A DNA stretch of 64,000 nucleotides from an uncultured Collinsella sp. (GCA_900541005.1 UQIP01000004.1:13697-77696); one strand, 5' to 3'. Counted from the stretch's first letter, positions 1-10,256 are shown. A program made the numbers and translations. The notes: generated by a model from the letters alone, not told the origin.

Positions 1-3000
1 GTGGGGCAGGTCGTCCTCGGTACGAGCGCAAGCCAGACGCGTGCCGTCCACGCCGGCGATGGTAAGGGCTCGGCGGCTCGCCTCGAGCGCAGCATAGGCA
101 TCGGTCTTGGCATAGGGCATCTCGAGCGCGCCACAATCGACATGGAACGACTTGCAGACCTTGCTGACCAGGTTCATGATGCGGCGATCGCCCTTGAGCA
201 GTTGTTGTTCGCCCTCGACCGTCACCACCGAAAGCCTACCGGCGCCGACGGATTCAAGATTGATAAAGAATACGCCGCGGAGCTTATCGCGATGCGAAGC
301 CAAGAAGGCCTTCATGCCGGCGCCATCACAATCCGAGGCGCCCGTTGCCACAAACCAGATATCGTGACCGAGCAGCTCATCATCGCCCATAGAGGCGACA
401 GCCGAGAGCATATCTTCGGAAGAAGCGCCGTCGGAAGACGTAGCGCCGCCCTTCCAGCCATCGTTATCGTCCTCGAAGTTATCACACGAACCGATACCGC
501 GACCGGACTTCTTGGCATCGTAATCGTCTTCGACGCCCAGCCAGTCGCTCATGCTATCCTGCTCGTTTTTCTTTTTACGACCGAACAGGCCACCCAGGCC
601 GCGCTTACGAGACTTGGGTGCCGCCGGGGCGGGAGCCGAAATGGTCTCGATCGGCTGCGCGCCCGACGCAACGGGCATAGGAGGCGCAACGGGTGCCGAT
701 GTGGGTTCGGGACCCTGGGCAGTAGCAAAGGGGTCGTTGACCTGGGCAGAGGGATCGGGAAGGTCGAACAGCGACGTGCGAGACGCAACGTTTGCCTGCT
801 TCATAGACGGCAGCGACGGATCGGGGACCGAAGCCAGCGGAGACGAGGAGGGCGCAGGCGACGGTGCCGACGCCGGATCGGGAACATTCATCTGCGGACG
901 CGGCGATGCCTGGGAGGAAATCTGGGCCATAAGGGAATCGACCGTTTCGTCCTGGGTGGGAGCAACATCGGCAACCGTGGCACCGGAACCACTCGGGGTC
1001 GGCATGGTGAAAATCTGCGTGGAGTAAGGCCTCGACTCATCCGTCTCGGGAGTCTCGGAAACCGCAGACACTTCCTCCTGCTCGACCTCGGTCGAATCAT
1101 CTTGCTCGGCTGCCGCGTACTGTTCTTCGTTAGAGTTGGCCTCGACGGGCTCGTCCTCGGCGGCATCTTGGATTTCGGCAGCATCAATAGGCTCGTCATC
1201 GTCCACCGCGTCGCCCTGCTCATCGGACACAGGAAGGGGCTCGGCAATTGCGGTGCCTTGCTTTTCAAACGTTATCGTGGAATCGAACTGCGCGGCATCA
1301 AACGACATGGTGCTATCGACGTGCTGCTGAGCCTCGAAAGACGTTGTTGCCTCAACAACATCCGCTGACGTCGGTTGCTGGGACTCAAAGGACGTCGTAG
1401 CTTCGGCAGCGTCGACGGGCCCGGACTGCATAGCCTCGTTCTGCTCAAACTCTTGCGCCGCGCGCTCACGTGACGCCTCGGCTGCCTGCTGCTGAGCGAT
1501 AGCCTCCTGCTCGGCAGCCTCGCGTGCGGCAGCGCGCTTCTCCTCGAAATCGTCGACAAATTTCCTGCCCTTTGCAAGCGCACCCTTAAAGAAGCTGGAA
1601 GCGCTGGCGCCAATCGAAGAGAACGCGGATGCAATATCGGCATGGGGCGTTGCCGCGGGAATCTCGGCAGAGAAATCAGTATCGCTCTCGTAAGACACGC
1701 GCCTCGGCTGTTCAACGTAATCGTCGTCAGACTCGTCCGCAACGTCTTGCGCCGGCGCGGCGGGAGCCAAAATGTCCAGTCCTGCCGCGGGATCGATCGC
1801 AGACACCGCCTCGGGCTCGGCAACGGCAGCGGTAACCGCGGCAGACTCATCATCCGCAGTGACAACGGGCGCAGGCTCGGGCTCAAACGTCGGCTCCTCG
1901 CCCTCCTCGTAATCGAGCGTGCAGGACTCGGGAAGCATTCCGAGCGCACGGATGGCATCCGAACCAAAGCGGATGTTGCCGACGGCATTGCGATAGAGCT
2001 TGGGCTCGGCCGCGGCAGGCTCCTCCGCCGGCTCGGCAGCGGGAACCTCGTCATTGGGCTCTTCGACCTGGACAGCCTGATTCTGGTCCTCGGGCACGAT
2101 GGCGCCAATCAGCGTCTCGTCGGCAGACGCACCCTCAAAGCCCTCGATCTGCTCGTCGAAAGCCTCGCCCTGTTCGGGCTCGGTTTGAGCGTCGGGAGCA
2201 ATCGGCTGACCGAACTCGTCCTCGGCGTAGGTAGGCTCTTCATACTCGATGGTGTTGCCGTAGTCGTTTTGCTGCTGGGCCGCGGCATACTCCGCCGCTG
2301 CGCGCGCCATTTCCTCGGCACGACGCTTCTGCTCCCCAAAATAGGTATCGAACGGAACATCGTCGGGAAACTCGTTTTCGCCCTGGAAGGGAGCAACGTT
2401 GTCCATAACGCCGAGCATAGCGGCGACAGAAGACTTGTTGCACACCGCGCCGGACGTATAGGGAAGAATGTGGCGGTTAGAGATGATGTTTGCCGCGTTG
2501 GCAAGCGCAACGAGGGAAGCGAGGATCGCGACAATCCACAGCAGAACCTTGAGCGCGCCGGGGAGCGGCAGGATACGCAGGATGGCAACGGCAGCAGGGG
2601 CAACCGTGGCAACGGGCAACAGCTTGGCGATGAGCGCACGATACGAAGCATAGGGCTCGCGGGCGAGCAGCTCAGCACGGGGAGAGTCGTAGTGTGCGAC
2701 AACGACCACCGGGCGGTTGCGCGGAGACGCGAGCGGGCCCGAGGCCTTGTGGTAGGCGATGACATTTTGGCTCACGCCCGTCTTGCCCAGGCGCGAAACC
2801 ACGGGGTGGCCCGTGCGTTCGAGCACGTAAAGAACGGCGCCGACAACGGCCAGCAAGGTGCCGACCAAGCCGATACCGCCGCCGATGCCCATCAGCAGGG
2901 CGCCGGCAAACGCAAGAATACCGGTAACGGCAAATGCCAACCTACTGGGCGCCGGGGCATTGAACTCCTGAACCTCGGGGTCAAAGCCGTGGTTGCGGAA

Positions 3001-3105
3001 GATCTGAGCGATATCCTCGGCAGCCAAGCGCTCTTCTTCGCTGCATGCCGGCGTAATGCCGGTGTTCTGCAGCAGGTGGTTAATATAGTTCTGGGTGTTC
3101 GCCAT
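1..3105 (-). CDS. Very large membrane protein with degenerate M28 peptidase-like N-terminus and long acidic low-complexity region; 3' end runs off the window
   Basis: Hand-translated from ATG at 3105 (GGAG upstream): MANTQNYINHLLQNTGITPACSEEERLAAE..., TM segments, VVVAHYDS and YTSGAVCNKSSVAAML. Absent from the ORF track, consistent with no stop in the window; + ORFs 1..1368 and 1642..3156 are its codon-aligned antisense shadows. Not every codon was checked by hand. Confidence 0.75.
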   Translation of the reverse strand, partial: MANTQNYINHLLQNTGITPACSEEERLAAEDIAQIFRNHGFDPEVQEFNAPAPSRLAFAVTGILAFAGALLMGIGGGIGLVGTLLAVVGAVLYVLERTGHPVVSRLGKTGVSQNVIAYHKASGPLASPRNRPVVVVAHYDSPRAELLAREPYASYRALIAKLLPVATVAPAAVAILRILPLPGALKVLLWIVAILASLVALANAANIISNRHILPYTSGAVCNKSSVAAMLGVMDNVAPFQGENEFPDDVPFDTYFGEQKRRAEEMARAAAEYAAAQQQNDYGNTIEYEEPTYAEDEFGQPIAPDAQTEPEQGEAFDEQIEGFEGASADETLIGAIVPEDQNQAVQVEEPNDEVPAAEPAEEPAAAEPKLYRNAVGNIRFGSDAIRALGMLPESCTLDYEEGEEPTFEPEPAPVVTADDESAAVTAAVAEPEAVSAIDPAAGLDILAPAAPAQDVADESDDDYVEQPRRVSYESDTDFSAEIPAATPHADIASAFSSIGASASSFFKGALAKGRKFVDDFEEKRAAAREAAEQEAIAQQQAAEASRERAAQEFEQNEAMQSGPVDAAEATTSFESQQPTSADVVEATTSFEAQQHVDSTMSFDAAQFDSTITFEKQGTAIAEPLPVSDEQGDAVDDDEPIDAAEIQDAAEDEPVEANSNEEQYAAAEQDDSTEVEQEEVSAVSETPETDESRPYSTQIFTMPTPSGSGATVADVAPTQDETVDSLMAQISSQASPRPQMNVPDPASAPSPAPSSSPLASVPDPSLPSMKQANVASRTSLFDLPDPSAQVNDPFATAQGPEPTSAPVAPPMPVASGAQPIETISAPAPAAPKSRKRGLGGLFGRKKKNEQDSMSDWLGVEDDYDAKKSGRGIGSCDNFEDDNDGWKGGATSSDGASSEDMLSAVASMGDDELLGHDIWFVATGASDCDGAGMKAFLASHRDKLRGVFFINLESVGAGRLSVVTVEGEQQLLKGDRRIMNLVSKVCKSFHVDCGALEMPYAKTDAYAALEASRRALTIAGVDGTRLACARTEDDLPH

Positions 3106-3303
3106 GTGCGCTCCACATCCATAATCCGACAAATAGGCCCAATGCATGCACATTAGAACCGTATATAGTCGAAAGTATACCCCGAGCGAGCGCAAACGAC
3201 CGAATTCGGGCCATCTTAACGCCCCGAGCGGACAAGGATATAGCCTAATCTCCATATCGGACTAAAATCATGGCAGCAAACCACCTTCTCATGCGAGGAC
3301 TCT

Positions 3304-4326
3304 ATGACGGCAAGCGACGCGACCGCGACAATTAAAAAGGGAAGTTCGGAGCCCGGTTTCGATAAAACGGCTCAGCGCATCCTCAATCTTTTCTTTGTGC
3401 TCAACAGCTCCCCCGAACCGCTGACGACCGAGCAGATCGTCTTGGATTCTGACCTGGGATATGGCTCGGGCAACATCGACTCGGATAAGCGCAAGTTTCG
3501 GCGCGATCGTGACAAACTGCTCGAGCGTGGCATCTTAATCAAGGAGGTTCGCCCCGCCGGTGCGCAGGAGACCGAGGAAAGCTCGTGGACAATCGACCGC
3601 GAGCACACGTTTGCTGCAGGCGGCCTCATCACCGCAGACGACGCCGATATCCTGCTCAACGCCATCGACCAGACGCTAGCGGCCGGCTCATCCACCTTTT
3701 CCGCGCCGCTTGCCGATATTCGCTCCAAGATTGCCTACCTCACCGGCATGTCGGCGGTGGACGAAGTACCGATCCGCCGCTCTCCCACCGTCGATGCGGT
3801 ATGGAGCGCCTTTGCCGAGCGATGCGCGCTGCGATTTTTATATCAGAACGGACGCGGCGAGCAGAAAGAACGTACCGTCTGCGTCTACGGCATGTTCGAG
3901 CGCGAGGGCGTGGCGTACTTCTGCGGCCTCGACAATGTCACCGACGACATCAGGACATTCCGCTGCGACCGTATCGTTCGCGCTTGGCGTCCTTCGAAGG
4001 CCTACGCCATCCCTGCGGACTTCAATCTCAACGACTATCTGTTCTTTGAATTCGATTTTGCCGACCGACCGCCCGTTGCAGCCACGTTCTCGTTCGCCCC
4101 TCAGACGCAGATCGATATGATCAACGGCCTCACGCGCGGGCGAGGTGAGCTCGCACACACCGATGCGGGATGGACCTGGACCGTTGACGTGCGCGACCTT
4201 GAAGCCGCCGCCTCATTTTGCATGGCCCACGCCATGGACGGCATGAGGCCCATGGCCCCCAAATCGCTCAAGCAGGCGTGGAACCACCTCATTGAAAGGA
4301 CGGTGCACGAGCATGCCCGTGCGTAA
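3304..4326 (+). CDS. HTH-WYL transcriptional regulator, PafB-like
   Basis: N-terminal RILNLFFVL...KRKFRRDRDKL HTH and WYL-domain motif YFCGLD...RTFRCDRI; GAGG RBS. Confidence 0.85.
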   Translation: MTASDATATIKKGSSEPGFDKTAQRILNLFFVLNSSPEPLTTEQIVLDSDLGYGSGNIDSDKRKFRRDRDKLLERGILIKEVRPAGAQETEESSWTIDREHTFAAGGLITADDADILLNAIDQTLAAGSSTFSAPLADIRSKIAYLTGMSAVDEVPIRRSPTVDAVWSAFAERCALRFLYQNGRGEQKERTVCVYGMFEREGVAYFCGLDNVTDDIRTFRCDRIVRAWRPSKAYAIPADFNLNDYLFFEFDFADRPPVAATFSFAPQTQIDMINGLTRGRGELAHTDAGWTWTVDVRDLEAAASFCMAHAMDGMRPMAPKSLKQAWNHLIERTVHEHARA

Positions 4327-5230
4327 ACTCACCAGCGAGCAGAGACTCTCGCGCGCCATCGACATCATGGAGGCCCTCTACGCCGCCGGCGAGAGCGGCA
4401 TGACACGAACCGAGATTTGCAGCCGCTTTGACATCACGGGGGCGTCGCTCGACGAGATTCTCGAGATCGTCTCGACGCTCGCGGACCGAGAATCGGGCGC
4501 GCGCATCATCTGCGAATGCCGCGGCGAGCGCGTGGCCCTCACTGGTGACGCCGGGCGCGTACTACCGTTGCGCCTGAGTGCCGCCGAGGGCGCCGTGCTC
4601 AACCATGAACTTGAATCGTTGGGGATCGAGCCGCAGACGGCAGCTCGGATTCGACATGCCCTTCTACCCGAAGAGCTCGGCTATAACCAGCGCGTCTTTG
4701 ACACCGTCAACCACGGGTCGCACTGGCAGCAGCTGAGCTGCGCCATTCAGGACGGCGTTCGCTGCCGCATCTCGTATCGCTCGATGGACGATGCACGGCC
4801 ACGCGAGCGTCTGGTCGACCCCTTGCGCATTACGGCAAACGGCGACCAAACATACCTGATTGCCTGGGACATCACAGTCGATGAGCAGCGCACCTATCGC
4901 ATGGATAAAATCGAGGGACTCGCCTTGACGGAAGACTCCGTCGTGCCTCACGCACCGGACGTTGCATCCCTCCGCGATTCCCTTGCCCGGACACAGCGTA
5001 GCGCAAAGCTCCTGATGCCATTCGATATGGCGGAGCATCTGGACTGGGCCGGCATCACTCTAATCGAGCGCAGCGGGGCAGACATGGCAACGGTAACCGT
5101 GCATTACGGCTCCGAGCGTTGGCTACTGAGCCAGGTAATCGCAGCGGGCGGAGCCATCCGCATCTTGGATGACCCCGCCCTGTCAAAGCGCCTGTGCGAT
5201 ATGGCAAAAACCCTCGTCTGTCCGCTTTAG
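4313..5230 (+). CDS. HTH-WYL transcriptional regulator, PafC-like
   Basis: ATG at 4313 after GAAAGGA overlaps the upstream stop; motifs LPLRLSAAEG, RLVDPLRI, YLIAWD...RTYRMDKI, C-terminal WCX-like region. Confidence 0.85.
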   Translation: MPVRKLTSEQRLSRAIDIMEALYAAGESGMTRTEICSRFDITGASLDEILEIVSTLADRESGARIICECRGERVALTGDAGRVLPLRLSAAEGAVLNHELESLGIEPQTAARIRHALLPEELGYNQRVFDTVNHGSHWQQLSCAIQDGVRCRISYRSMDDARPRERLVDPLRITANGDQTYLIAWDITVDEQRTYRMDKIEGLALTEDSVVPHAPDVASLRDSLARTQRSAKLLMPFDMAEHLDWAGITLIERSGADMATVTVHYGSERWLLSQVIAAGGAIRILDDPALSKRLCDMAKTLVCPL

Positions 5231-8121
5231 CGCCGCCGCTCGTGGCGTGCGCGCCACAGTTGCAGATAGTGCCCGATCTGCGCCGATTCGATGCGCTGGT
5301 AGGAGCTCGTGGGCAGCGACGTTAAGAACTTCTTTCCGTAGCCCTTCGTCACCAGGCGCGGGTCGGCCAGAATCAGCACGCCGCAATCGGTCGACGAGCG
5401 GATAAGGCGGCCGGCCGCCTGCTTGACCTCGAGCACCGCCTCGGGCAGTGAATAGCGCGCCCAAGCGCGGTCTTCGCGCAGGTTGCGCTCGCACGAGAGC
5501 GGGTCCGTGGGACTCGAGAACGGCAGCTTGGGAATGATGACGCAGCGCAGCGTCTCACCGCTGGCGTCGAATCCCTCCCAGAAGGCCTTAAGCGCAAAAA
5601 GCGATGAAGTCGGCTCGTTGATAAACCGATCGCGCAGGCGACGAGGAGATGAGTTGCGCTGCTGGCAGTTGAGCTCCAGACCCGCACGGGCCATCTTGGG
5701 CTCAACGCGGGCGTACAGGTCTTCCATGTCGCGCCGATTAGTGAACAGCGTGAGCACCGATCCGCCCATGGCAAGATGGGCGTCGACCAGCACGCGCTCG
5801 AGCGCCGTAAGATAGCTCTCGCGATCGCGCGGATCGGGGATATCGCCCGCAACGACTACAGCCATGTTCGAATCGAAGTCGTAGCTCGAGTCCAAGTGCA
5901 GCGATGAGGATGTTGAAGCACCGATGCGATCGAGGCCGACCGCGTGGTTAAAGTGTTCAAAGCTTTTGGACACCGTCATGGTCGCCGAGGCAAAGATAGC
6001 CGTGTGAACCTCGGGCAGCCACTCGGTTGCCAAGGCCTCGCCAATGTCGATGCGCTCTGCGGTCATCGACTCTCCGCCGGCACGCAGCCTGCGATTGACC
6101 TGCAGCGAATACACGTAGTGTTCATCGGTGCCATCAATGATGAGTTTGAGGTTCTCGACCAGCTCGTGCAGGCGGCGCGAGATATCACCCAGGTCGACAA
6201 CAACCTCGGGCTTGTCGGCGGCGACGGCTTGCACCAGCGCGTCGACGCTCTTGTCAGCTTGTTCCAATGCGTCGATGCCAGTGTAGGCCGACGGTAAGAA
6301 ATCATGCCAGTCGTCAGATTCGCGCAGCTCGGGGCCAATCCATAGATTGGCATTGTCATAACCCCCACGGGCACGGCGGCCGAGCTCGCGAACGCCATCG
6401 AACACGTCGGCGATTGCCATGCTCGCGCGCGCAACCGTCGACGTCGCCTTGGCAGTAAGGCCCAAATAGAGCGTAGAGCCCTCGGAGGTTGCCAAATCAC
6501 GGGAAACCTGGCTTAGCGCGCCGGCGCTCGAGCCACCCAGGCGCTCAAACAGAACACGTGATTCGTCCGCCGACACCACGCGCGCCCACTGACGGCGCGC
6601 CTCGCGCTCGATGGAATGGGCCTCGTCGATTACCCAATGACGAATCGGAGGTAAAATCCTGCCCTCGGCCGCGACATTGCGGAACAGCAGGGAATGGTTG
6701 GTGACCACCACATCGGCATGCGCCGCACGACGGCGAGCGCCGTGGACCAAACATTTATCAGGGAAAAACGGGCAGAGGCGACGAGCACACTCGCGCGAGG
6801 CCGTCGTAAAGTCGGGGCGGTTGACGCTGCGCCACCGAATGCCGAGCGAGTCGAGGTCGCCATCGGCTGATTGGCAGACGTACGCCATAATGACCGCGAC
6901 CGCCGTGAGCGTGTCCGCCGGATCGCGCTTGGTGGTAATCTCGACCTGGCCTCGGCTCATGCGCTCAAGCTTGCGCAGGCACGGATAGTGGTCATAGCCC
7001 TTGAGAGCGCAAAATGACAGACCACCGTCCAGTTGCTCGGCAAGTTTTGGCAGCTCATGGTACATGAGCTGGTCGGCAAGATTGTTCGATTTGGTCGCAA
7101 TACCAACCGTGATGTTGTTACGGCGCGCTGCCTCGGCAAAAGGCACCAGATAGGCCATCGATTTGCCGACGCCCGTGCCCGCCTCAATTACACGATGAGT
7201 GCCCGTGACCAGCGCATCGCGGACCTCGAGCGCCATCGCGATCTGCTCATCACGCGGCTCGTAGGTGGGATACATGCGATTGACCAGGCCACCTGGCGCA
7301 TAGTCTGCCTCAATCTCCTCACGACTCGGCATCTTGAGGACCGGCAGTTCGTCGGCGTCCACCCGATCGTCGGCGCGATCGGCCTTGAGGACGTCAGCAC
7401 GAGCGGCGCTGAGAGAGAAGATAGAACCAGGGTTCTGCCCTGCCAAGAATGAGAAGATAGGACGATAGGACCAAGGCACGTCCGGATGCATGTCGGCTAG
7501 GCGCGCCATAAGGCCCTGAGGCAAGTCGGTGAGCGCCACGAGCAACACGCGCCATACGCCACACAGGGCGTCGACGTCGGCATTGGCACGGTGTGATACC
7601 GAGTCACAGCCAAACAGATCGGCCATAAAAGACAGCTTGTGCGAGGCCAGGCGCGGAAGCGCGATGCGCGACAGCGCCAGCGAATCGATCCAGATATCGC
7701 TCACGTTGACGCCGCCTTTGACCGACTCGATAAACGAGCGGTCGAACGTGGCGTTATGTGCGATCACCGGGCAACCACCGACAAAATCGGCGAGAGCGGC
7801 GACGGCCTCAACGGCCGACGGGGCATCTGCCACATCGGCATTTGTAATGCTCGTGAGCTCGGTAATCTCGGTGGGAATCAGTTGCTTGGGATGCACGAAG
7901 GTATCGAAGCGGTCGACGACCTCGCGGCCCGAAAGGCGGGCCGCCGAGATCTCGATCAGCTCATTGTCCTGCACCGAAAGACCCGTGGTCTCGGTATCGA
8001 GGACGATCACATCTTCCTCGATAAGGCCGAAGGACTGCGTTTTGGCGCGCTCGGCAAGCGTGGCATAGGAGTCGATGACAAACTGCGGCGTTCCTGACGA
8101 AACCGCGTCCTCGATTAGCAT
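5227..8121 (-). CDS. dinG: DnaQ-like DEDDh 3'-5' exonuclease fused to DinG-family Fe-S helicase
   Basis: VLDTETTG, AHNATFD, HRANADV exonuclease motifs; EAGTGVGKS Walker A, VIDEAH, QAAGRLIRS; Cys cluster YPCL...ECARRLC...KC. Confidence 0.9.
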   Translation of the reverse strand: MLIEDAVSSGTPQFVIDSYATLAERAKTQSFGLIEEDVIVLDTETTGLSVQDNELIEISAARLSGREVVDRFDTFVHPKQLIPTEITELTSITNADVADAPSAVEAVAALADFVGGCPVIAHNATFDRSFIESVKGGVNVSDIWIDSLALSRIALPRLASHKLSFMADLFGCDSVSHRANADVDALCGVWRVLLVALTDLPQGLMARLADMHPDVPWSYRPIFSFLAGQNPGSIFSLSAARADVLKADRADDRVDADELPVLKMPSREEIEADYAPGGLVNRMYPTYEPRDEQIAMALEVRDALVTGTHRVIEAGTGVGKSMAYLVPFAEAARRNNITVGIATKSNNLADQLMYHELPKLAEQLDGGLSFCALKGYDHYPCLRKLERMSRGQVEITTKRDPADTLTAVAVIMAYVCQSADGDLDSLGIRWRSVNRPDFTTASRECARRLCPFFPDKCLVHGARRRAAHADVVVTNHSLLFRNVAAEGRILPPIRHWVIDEAHSIEREARRQWARVVSADESRVLFERLGGSSAGALSQVSRDLATSEGSTLYLGLTAKATSTVARASMAIADVFDGVRELGRRARGGYDNANLWIGPELRESDDWHDFLPSAYTGIDALEQADKSVDALVQAVAADKPEVVVDLGDISRRLHELVENLKLIIDGTDEHYVYSLQVNRRLRAGGESMTAERIDIGEALATEWLPEVHTAIFASATMTVSKSFEHFNHAVGLDRIGASTSSSLHLDSSYDFDSNMAVVVAGDIPDPRDRESYLTALERVLVDAHLAMGGSVLTLFTNRRDMEDLYARVEPKMARAGLELNCQQRNSSPRRLRDRFINEPTSSLFALKAFWEGFDASGETLRCVIIPKLPFSSPTDPLSCERNLREDRAWARYSLPEAVLEVKQAAGRLIRSSTDCGVLILADPRLVTKGYGKKFLTSLPTSSYQRIESAQIGHYLQLWRARHERRR

Positions 8122-9080
8122 GCAATGCCCGCTCGACGAAGGCCCATACGGATCAGGCTGTCACAGACCTGCGGGAACGTCATGTCGTCTGTGTGGCGAA
8201 TCTCATCCGGATACAGCGACGTATCGGTCATGCCGGGAATGGTGTTGGTCTCGAGGATGACGGGGCCGTCCTCGCTCACGATAAAATCGCTGCGCGAGAT
8301 GCCCAGGCAACCGAGGGCCTTGTGAGCAGCACAGGCAAGCTCCTGAGCGCGAGCGTAATTCTCGGGTGAAATCTGCGCCGGAATACGATGGATGTCCGTA
8401 GGGTCGACATACTTCACGTCCAGATCGTAGAACTCACAGTCCTCGGGCTTGCGAATCTCGACAATCGGCAGGGCGCGCACGTCGTCCTCGCCGTACACGC
8501 CGACGGTGATCTCGGTACCCTCGATGCACTTCTCGACCAGCACTTTGTCGCCGTACTCAAACGCCTTGGCAATTGCCGCGGGCAGCTCGGAGGGCTCATG
8601 GACCAGGGAAATGCCATAGCTGGAACCGTTGACGGCCGGCTTCACAAAGCAGCGCTCGCCACAAACCTCGACGATATGATCGATATCGACTTCATCGCCC
8701 ACCTCGAGCGCAAGGCCGGGGGCAACGGGAATGCCCGCCTTGGCGTACAGGAGCTTAGAGACCTCTTTGTCGGCACCGCAGGCGCTAGCAAGCACGCCCG
8801 AGGCCGTGTAGGGGATACCCAGGGTCTCCATGGCGCCCTGCATGGCGCCATCCTCGCCGCCGGCACCGTGCATGGCGATAAACGCCACGTCAAAGTCGCC
8901 GGTTGCCATGGTTACCATAAAGTCATCAGCGGCCGTATCGAGCAGCTCCACCGAGGTGTAGCCGGCTTCCTTCAGTGCCACCACAACGTTCTTTCCCGAA
9001 TTGAGCGAGATCTCGCGCTCAGCGGAATGACCGCCCGCCAAGACCGCTACGTGCATGTTCTCTAGGCTTTTACCCGGCAT
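8115..9080 (-). CDS. ddl: D-alanine--D-alanine ligase
   Basis: GGHSAEREISL, HGAGGEDG, VKPAVNGSS, LETNTIPGMT. Confidence 0.95.
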   Translation of the reverse strand: MPGKSLENMHVAVLAGGHSAEREISLNSGKNVVVALKEAGYTSVELLDTAADDFMVTMATGDFDVAFIAMHGAGGEDGAMQGAMETLGIPYTASGVLASACGADKEVSKLLYAKAGIPVAPGLALEVGDEVDIDHIVEVCGERCFVKPAVNGSSYGISLVHEPSELPAAIAKAFEYGDKVLVEKCIEGTEITVGVYGEDDVRALPIVEIRKPEDCEFYDLDVKYVDPTDIHRIPAQISPENYARAQELACAAHKALGCLGISRSDFIVSEDGPVILETNTIPGMTDTSLYPDEIRHTDDMTFPQVCDSLIRMGLRRAGIAC

Positions 9081-9165
9081 GGGCAGACTCCTCCTCTATA
9101 ATTTCTGCAGCTGATACCATATTGTAGCGATACCCTCTACGTTTCCCCAAAATCGAAAGGCTTCC

Positions 9166-10218
9166 ATGAATCCCAGGACTAAATCTCAGGACATTCGCGA
9201 CTTGAGCCAAAACGATATTCGCGAGCTCGTGGCCGAACTTGGCCAGCCCGCGTTCCGCGCGAAGCAGCTCATTGAATGGGTCTTCGAGAAGAACGTTTGT
9301 TCGTTTGACGATATGACCAACCTTCCCAAGGCTTTCCGCGAGCAGCTTAAAGAGGCTTTTGCCTTTGACACGCCGACTGAACTCACCAAGCAGGTTTCCA
9401 AAGATGGCTCTCGCAAGTATCTGCTCGAGTACCACGACGGCGTTTCCGTCGAGACTGTCGGCATGCCCCGTCGTAACAAGCTTTCCGTCTGCGTTTCCAC
9501 ACAGGCAGGCTGTGGCATGGGCTGTGCTTTTTGCGCTACCGGTCTCAACGGCCTCAAGCGCTCTCTGACCGCTCAAGAGATCGTCGACCAGGTACTTCAT
9601 GTATCCAACGACTTTGGCGAGCGCGCCACGAGCGTTGTCTTTATGGGCCAGGGCGAGCCGTTTGCCAACTACGACGAGGTTCTCAAGGCGCTGCGAATCC
9701 TCAACGACCCCGATGGCATCGGTATCGGCGCTCGTCACCTCACCGTCTCTACCAGTGGCGTTATTCCCGGTATTCGCAAATTTGCCGACATCCCCGAGCA
9801 GTTCACGCTTGCTGTTTCACTGCATTCCGCCATCCAGTCGACGCGCAATAAGCTCATGCCCGGTGTTAAGAAGTACACGCTGCTTCGCCTTCACGAAGCG
9901 CTTCAGCTCTACACCGAGAAGACTGGCCGCCGCCCGACCTATGAGTATGCCATGATCGAAGGCGTCAACGATACGAATCCCGAGATGCAGGCGCTCTGCG
10001 ACTTCTGCGAGGGAACGCTGTGCCACGTTAACCTCATTCAGCTTAACGACATCGAGGGTAGCCCGCTCAAGCCGTCGCCGATTCATAAGGTTGAGGATCT
10101 TCAGCGTCGTCTTGAGTCCCGTGGCATCGAGACCACAATTCGCAACTCCCGTGGTAACGATATTGACGCCGCTTGTGGACAGCTGAAGCAGCGCTTCAAA
10201 GTTCAGAAGAACGCATAG
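9166..10218 (+). CDS. rlmN: Radical SAM 23S rRNA/tRNA methyltransferase RlmN
   Basis: CVSTQAGCGMGCAFCATG, FMGQGEP, DIDAACGQL. Confidence 0.95.
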   Translation: MNPRTKSQDIRDLSQNDIRELVAELGQPAFRAKQLIEWVFEKNVCSFDDMTNLPKAFREQLKEAFAFDTPTELTKQVSKDGSRKYLLEYHDGVSVETVGMPRRNKLSVCVSTQAGCGMGCAFCATGLNGLKRSLTAQEIVDQVLHVSNDFGERATSVVFMGQGEPFANYDEVLKALRILNDPDGIGIGARHLTVSTSGVIPGIRKFADIPEQFTLAVSLHSAIQSTRNKLMPGVKKYTLLRLHEALQLYTEKTGRRPTYEYAMIEGVNDTNPEMQALCDFCEGTLCHVNLIQLNDIEGSPLKPSPIHKVEDLQRRLESRGIETTIRNSRGNDIDAACGQLKQRFKVQKNA

Positions 10219-10236
10219 GGGAGTCGCACCCCAAAA

Positions 10237-10252
10237 CGTTTCATGTGAAACA
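10237..10252. promoter_or_regulatory. parS site (2 mismatches)
   Basis: CGTTTCATGTGAAACA versus consensus TGTTTCACGTGAAACA. Confidence 0.8.
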
Positions 10253-10256
10253 TCGA

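Noticed and set aside
3106..3303. PafBC-type promoter motif (TGTCGG-N10-TA-N3-T) or LexA box
   Set aside because: TGTCGG occurs on the minus strand, but the downstream TA-N3-T does not match; no GAAC-N4-GTTC seen
8115..9080. D-Ala-D-Lac (vancomycin resistance) ligase
   Set aside because: The omega loop FYDLDVKY retains the Tyr typical of D-Ala-D-Ala ligases; no van genes
9166..10218. Cfr resistance methyltransferase
   Set aside because: Sequence pattern and core chromosomal context fit housekeeping RlmN
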